This document shows, in pieces, positions 57,985-64,000 of a DNA stretch of 64,000 bases. Source of the stretch: Piromyces finnis finn (taxonomy: Eukaryota > Fungi > Neocallimastigomycota). Location of the stretch: positions 62,001-126,000 of the forward strand of contig MCFH01000016.1 in NCBI GenBank assembly GCA_002104945.1, in the 5' to 3' direction. Position numbers and translations under genes: made by a program. The notes beneath the pieces are model-generated. The model made no database searches and was not told the DNA's origin. It saw nothing but the letters and a program-made list of their open reading frames with translations. Position 1 is the first letter of the stretch. Each line of letters starts with the position of its first letter.

Positions 57985-58467
57985 TTAGACAAGAGCTTCG
58001 TATGGAACTGGAGCGATGGTAGTTGGAACATTACCCTTAGTAGAAACGAAACGGGCGTTACGTGGTTGTTCTGGTTGACGGCAGACATTGACACGAGTAC
58101 CAGCAGCCTTAGCAGCAGCCTTTAATTCAGCATTCTTCTTGACACGGTTAAGGAAATCAAGACGGCACTTAGAGTGCTTGATGTGTTCAATACGGACATT
58201 GATTCTCTTTTCCATGAATCTGTTACCGACTTGCTTGTTAATGATGACACCAACAGAGGTCTTAGTGACGTTGTAGATAACACCAGTCTTACCGTGGTAG
58301 AACTTGTGTGGCATACCCTTTTGGACAGCACCATTGGCCTTGATATCAACAATATCACCAACACGGTAAGTCTTTAAGTAAGTAGATAACTTAATTGGAC
58401 CAGAGGTACGGAAGTCTCTGGCGAATAAGTGACGGGTTCTAGCTCTAAGACCGAATGAATGTGGCAT
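57985..58467 (-). CDS. RPL21: 60S ribosomal protein eL21, intronless
   Basis: MPHSFGLRARTRHLFARDF...YRVGDIVDIKANGAVQKGMPHKFYHGKTG...KRINVRIEHIKHSKCR; codon usage is biased as in highly expressed genes. Confidence 0.97.
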   Translation of the reverse strand: MPHSFGLRARTRHLFARDFRTSGPIKLSTYLKTYRVGDIVDIKANGAVQKGMPHKFYHGKTGVIYNVTKTSVGVIINKQVGNRFMEKRINVRIEHIKHSKCRLDFLNRVKKNAELKAAAKAAGTRVNVCRQPEQPRNARFVSTKGNVPTTIAPVPYEALV

Positions 58468-58560
58468 TGCTGTTAATTATACAAGTTGTTGGTATACAAT
58501 AAATTATACAGTACAGGAAGTTAAAGATTTCCTATATATAATTAAAGAGACTATTTAAAT

Positions 58561-58670
58561 ATTGGATCCAAGGTCAAAGTTGATTTTATAGTATAGATTG
58601 AATTTTTTATATTACACGTGACTTTTAGATAAAGCGATTGGATATTTTTCAAAATTTTTTATTTGATTGG
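58561..58670. promoter_or_regulatory. Candidate elements of the RPL21/NSE1 divergent promoter (CACGTG plus three ATTGG/CCAAT boxes)
   Basis: CACGTG at 58615-58620; ATTGG at 58561, 58637 and 58666, in an otherwise very AT-rich 584-bp head-to-head interval. Confidence 0.35.
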
Positions 58671-59051
58671 GATAATTTCTTATATTATATTCCTAACCCT
58701 TAATATTTTTTACTATAGATTAAAATTTAATATAATTTGTATATATTCTAATTAATGTAATAATATATGTTATATTATATTATAATATAATTAACGTGGG
58801 TTAGAGTATTGTTGTTTTTTTTTTTTTTTTTTTTGAAATTTTAATTATATAAATATAGTTTGATGTTACATATATAAAACTTCAAAACTTTAAAATGTTT
58901 AAATTTTGATATTTAATAAAATGAAGTAGTATTTATAAATTTAATTATTATGTTTTTAAATTAATTAATTAATAATTTATATTAATTACTATTTTACTAT
59001 TTTCCTATTAATAAAATTTATTGATGATATTTTAATTGTATATCCTCGAAG

Positions 59052-60339
59052 ATGAATCCATCACAAAATAATAATAAATATATAAGTAGCCTATTTATTC
59101 AGGCTTTCATGGCTAAAAAGATATTAACAGTAGAAGAAACAAAAGAACTTTTTAGTAAAATTTGTGATGTATGTGAAGGTATTTTAATAATTTTCTTTTT
59201 TCCTTTAAATAAAATTCTAATTATAATTTATTAAAATTATTGAAATCTAATTTTGGTGTTTGTTTTGTCTTTTGATGTCTATACAAAATAGTTATTTATT
59301 CTGAAAATTCATTTGAAAACTTTATGAAAGAAATACATAATACTTTAATAAAAATAGACTATGATATAAAAAAAATAAAATCAAAATCTAATGGTGAATT
59401 TTTTTATATATGGGTAATGATTTTATAATTGTTTAAATAAATTTTTTATTATTATTTTGTTTTTTAACTTTTTTTTTCTACATGTCGTTATATCTTATTT
59501 TATAGGTTAATTTAATTAACGATGATTTCACTCAACTGTCTACACCATATACCCAAAATGAAATAGTTATATTTAGAAAAATTGTAATTTTTAATATTTA
59601 AATTTCTAAATTAAAAGAAAGTACAACTTTATATTTAATTTTAAATTTCAATGATATTAAATATAAAATTATATATATTGTATATTACTATATTACTATA
59701 GTTAGAATTAATAATGGAAAGCTATTCAGAAAGATATCAATTATCGTCAACAAAAGCAATACAAGAAATAAACAAATTAAAATTTTCTCTCACAAAAAAA
59801 GATATAGAGTTATTATTAAAACGATTTCAAAATGATAAATGGATTATCGAAAGGTATAATTAAATTTTTAATAAATAACAGATTAAAATAATCAAAATAG
59901 AAATAATTGTAATAGCAAATTAATATTTATATAAAATAATTGAACATGAAGAGGAGGAAAATATTCTTTAGACATTCGTTCTTTAGCAGAATTATCAGAT
60001 TACATTAAAAGAAATTTATTAGAAGATGATGAATTAATAGAATGCCCAATTTGTTTAGATTATATATTCTCAGATGTAAGTAGTTTTAGTTTATTGAAAA
60101 AATTATTAAAAATTATAATATACAATAAGCACAATAATTAAAAAAATATATATATATTAAAAAAATTATTCTTTTAGTTGGAATGTTGTTCAAATCCTGA
60201 TTGTGACTATCATATTCATACCTCTTGCGCAGCAACAAAATTTTCAAATGTTAGTAATTCAAATAAGAGATGCCCAAAATGTAAGGGACCATGGGACTCA
60301 GAATTAGATGATATTGATGAAGATGTTAATAACTATTAA
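59052..60339 (+). CDS. NSE1: Nse1, RING-type subunit of the Smc5/6 complex (multi-exon)
   Basis: FIQAFMAKKILT, WVNLINDDFTQLSTPYTQNEIVIFRKI, ELLLKRFQNDKWI, LDIRSLAEL and a RING-like CPICLD...CSNPDCDYHIHTSC...CPKC C-terminus. Confidence 0.85.
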
Positions 60340-60777
60340 ATAAATAAATAAAAAATACTGTATATTATTATTATTACTATTACTATTACGCACCATCATT
60401 TATAAATAATAAACCAATAAATTTAAAAAGTATTCATTCATAAAACATAAATAAATTGTATTATTTCCTTAAATATATTTTATTTTATATAATGTTTTTA
60501 TATCAATTTTTTATTTAACTTTTAATTTTTTTTATACTTTTTTTTTATTTTTTGTTTTTCGTATTTTGTTTTGTTTTAATTTGTTTTGATATAGTTATTG
60601 CTTAATATATATAATTTAATTTTTATATTTTTTAAATATTATTATTTTTTTTTATTAAAATATTTAATATATATAATTTAATGAAAAATAATACTATAAT
60701 ATTTTTTCTAATTATCTATTTTACTTTTTTTTTTTTTTTATCTGTTTAAAAATATATATTGTTATTATTTTAATCTA

Positions 60778-60814
<37 letters not shown>

Positions 60815-60983
60815 TTATATATAAACTATATACTAATTTGTTTAATAATAATTATAACAAATATTCATGCATCAGTTTTATTATTATTATTATTAGTAAA
60901 CTATAAAAAAATTATTTTATAAAAAAAGAAATTGTAATAGGAATGTATTAATAAAAAAAACTTAAGATTTTTGATAATGTTGC

Positions 60984-63422
60984 TTATTCATTAATAACTT
61001 CAACAAAATTAGATGGAATAAGACCTCTTCTACGACATATATTACCATTAGCTTGCATTTCACTAACTTCAGTTTCCCACCATCCATCTTCTTGTACAGC
61101 TAAAATTGGTAGTACTATATTAGATTTAAATGTAACTTCTTCAAATGAAACAGCCTCATAATCATACATTGTTTTAACTATTTATATATTAAAAAAGGAA
61201 ATAAAGAAAGAAAGAAAAAAATAATAAAATAATAAAATGAAATAAAAATATTAGGACTTTTTATATCAATATTATTTAACTATTATTACGTTATATTTAA
61301 TTTTTACCTCTAAAAAGTATTGGTTTTTTAACTCTTAAATCATATGGGTTATATGTGCTATTCATTTCAATAGCTGGAGATTTTGGAATATTGTTAAGCT
61401 CAATATATTGTTGTGAAGGAGTAGTTCTTTGACCTTGATATTGTGGCATTAATTGTTGTTGTACTTGTAATTGCATTTGAGGAGATACCTTATCTTGTTG
61501 AACATATGGAGATTGAGATGCTTTATTCTTTGGTGAAAAATGTTGTGATTGTTGAGAGAAAGTTGGATCATTACCTATTGAATGTGATGAACCAGAACCT
61601 GAGCCTGGAATATTACCCGCACCACTATTTACAAGTTGATAATGTTGGTTTCTATTATTAGCTGGACTAGAATAAATTGAAGCTGGTGAATCAAAAGCTT
61701 TTTCACCTGTAACCTTAGACTTTCCTGACTTATTTGAATTTAATGAAGCTTGGGATGGACGACGATTATTATTAACATATTTGTTTCCAGGAGATGAATT
61801 AAGCTTTGACACATTTTCTTGATTATCAATTGAAGATTTGTTATTTACTTGTATTTCTTGATTTTGAACCATTTGACTACGTAACATTGGTGGAATAAAA
61901 TGAAGACCATATACAAATGTTGGAGAATCAGGCTTTAAATTATTTTCAATTGTTGGAGATAATTTAGTTTCATTTAGAGTTTGTATGTTTTCATTTTGGT
62001 TATAGTTATAAGCATAATTATTATTGACAGCTTTTTGGTTTTCTTGAGTATTACCTAACATTTTATTATTAACAGCAGTAATAGCGGCCTCTGCAACATT
62101 TGTTTCATTAGATTTTACACTTTTAACTGAAGAAATTCTTTTTGGATTATGTATTTGAGTTGGTTGTTGCATTTGCTGTTGTAGTTGTTGTTGTAGTTGT
62201 TGTTGTTGTTGTTGTAATTGCATTTGTTGTTGTTGTAAATGCTTTTGCTGTTGCATTTGTTGTTGTAATTGTTGTTGATATTGTTGTTGTAATTGTTGTT
62301 GATATTGTTGCTGATATTGTTGTTGTAGCTGTTGTTGTAATTGCTGTTGATATTGCTGTTGATGTGCTTGTTGCATTTGATCATATGCATCCTTTTTCAA
62401 TCCAAATAAGCTTTCCCTTCTTTCCATTCTAGTAAGAGGTGGACCATCTTTTTTATTAACTTTTCTTTTATTCTTTTCTTCTTCGGAATAGCTTGAATAA
62501 CTACTATAGCTTGGCTTTCTAATACTCTCAATTTCATTTTTAATATTAGCACTTGTTTTTCTTTGTGGAACAAGATCAGAATCAATAGTCATAGCACTAA
62601 TTTCGTCTAAAGTATGATCATTTTCCTCATTATTATATTTAACATTTAAGTTATTATTATATTCATCAAGTTCTTCTTCTACTTTTATATCATCATTATT
62701 TTCTAATCCTGAAATATTTTCTTCAAGTGGATTATTGTTATCTAATATATTTAGCATATTAATTGATGATGATACAGGAGTAACTGAGGAATTAACATCA
62801 TTGTCATCGATAATAACAAGATTATTTTCATCATATGATTGAGAATTATAACTTTCACGCTGATAATTACTTTGAGCATCATATGGACTGTCAGAAATTT
62901 CAATCGAGCTTTCTTCGATAATTTTAACTGATTCTAAATCATCAGTACTGGTAGTGGAGTAATTGCCATAACTATCTCTAAAACCTAACTCTTTAAATGT
63001 AGGTATTGGTTTAATATTCAAATCTTCAAAAGTGGATAGCTTCATAGATTCATTTTCATCATTATTGTCATTTTGCATTTCTTCAACATCCTTAACTTCT
63101 GCAGATAATGGTTGTTCCTTCTCATTTATTTCATTTGAATCATTAATTTCATAATCATAAATTTCATCAATATTTGCTTTAAGAGCATTATTGTCATCCT
63201 TATTTTCATTTAATTCTTCAATTTCTGTAATTTCTTTAACTTCCGCCTTTAATACATTATTTTCGTCTTTATTTTCATTAAATACTTCATCAATATTTTC
63301 TACTAATACATTATTAACAGATTTATTATTATTGTTTTGTATACTAGTAAGTTGTTTTTCAGCTTTTTCTTCTTCAATATCTTTTTTGGATAAATTATCA
63401 TCATTAATGATAGTATTATCAA

Positions 63423-63505
<83 letters not shown>

Positions 63506-64000
63506 TCTTCAGTTTGTGAATTATTTATATTTTCTTTTATTTGTTCACCATTCACTAAATCTTTTTCAGAATCTAAAATATTCATATTATTACCATTTTC
63601 AAAATCATTGGATTTATTTTCTTCCACGTGTGGGCTAATTAAAATGGAAGAATTTACACCTATTGGTGCAGGAGGTAATGCATGAGATGGTTCTTCATTT
63701 GGAAGAGGTGTATTCTCTTGGGAATCAAAAGTAACATCATCTAATAAAGAATGTGTAGTTAAAGAACTAATGGATTTTTCTTCTTCCTCAACTGCAGGAA
63801 TTTGAGGTACTATACTCATAGTACTTGCATTTGGATCAATACTTTCTTTTTCTAAAGTATTACTTTCACTACTATCATTCTTTTCTTGTTCTTCTTCAGT
63901 CATATTAGTAACATATAACGATGTACGTTTCTTTCTGAATTTTTTTCTTGTTGGTGAGACAACATTGATTTTCATATTCTTTTCTTCACCTGGAGAAGTA
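60984..64000 (-). CDS. 3' part of a C-terminal SH3 protein with long disordered Q/N-rich linker (probably Cdc15/Hof1 F-BAR family); 5' end outside the window
   Basis: The large exon 61305-64000 stays open to the window edge and ends PILFR. The last exon encodes the SH3 domain VKTMYDYEAVSFEEVTF...QEDGWWETE...RRGLIPSNFVE. The F-BAR domain is not visible, so the family call is inference. Confidence 0.7.
63424..63501. repeat. (AAT)n coding microsatellite (poly-Asn); degenerate (CAA)n poly-Gln at ~62165-62375
   Basis: Directly visible within the SH3-protein exon. Confidence 0.9.

Noticed and set aside
57985-58467. RPL21 as a retrocopy or horizontally acquired gene (intronless, higher GC)
   Set aside because: No poly(A) remnant or TSD, the ORF is intact, and the codon bias is what a highly expressed native gene would show.

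Overview
Extremely AT-rich, intron-containing eukaryotic DNA. Composition and gene content suggest an anaerobic gut fungus (Neocallimastigomycota); this is inference. Host genes: a partial TmcB/TmcC-like membrane protein, neurofibromin (NF1/Ira-like RasGAP), a ~1890-aa disordered protein with repeated RFx[VI] motifs, a REX1-B-domain protein, an unknown small membrane protein, RER1, ADE4, RPL21, NSE1 and the 3' part of an SH3 (probably Cdc15/Hof1-like) gene. The main story is retrotransposition. One apparently intact single-ORF LINE (RRM-like N-terminus + APE endonuclease + RT + Cys/His knuckle) sits in a three-layer nest of its own family. A fourth copy has inserted into a microsatellite, and a second, divergent LINE family and a fossil copy are also present. 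Two nearly identical copies of a tRNA-Ala(AGC)-derived SINE share with the LINE a 43-nt 3' block whose predicted hairpins show a compensatory base-pair change. This points to a recently active LINE-SINE partner system. All alignments and folds were done by eye.
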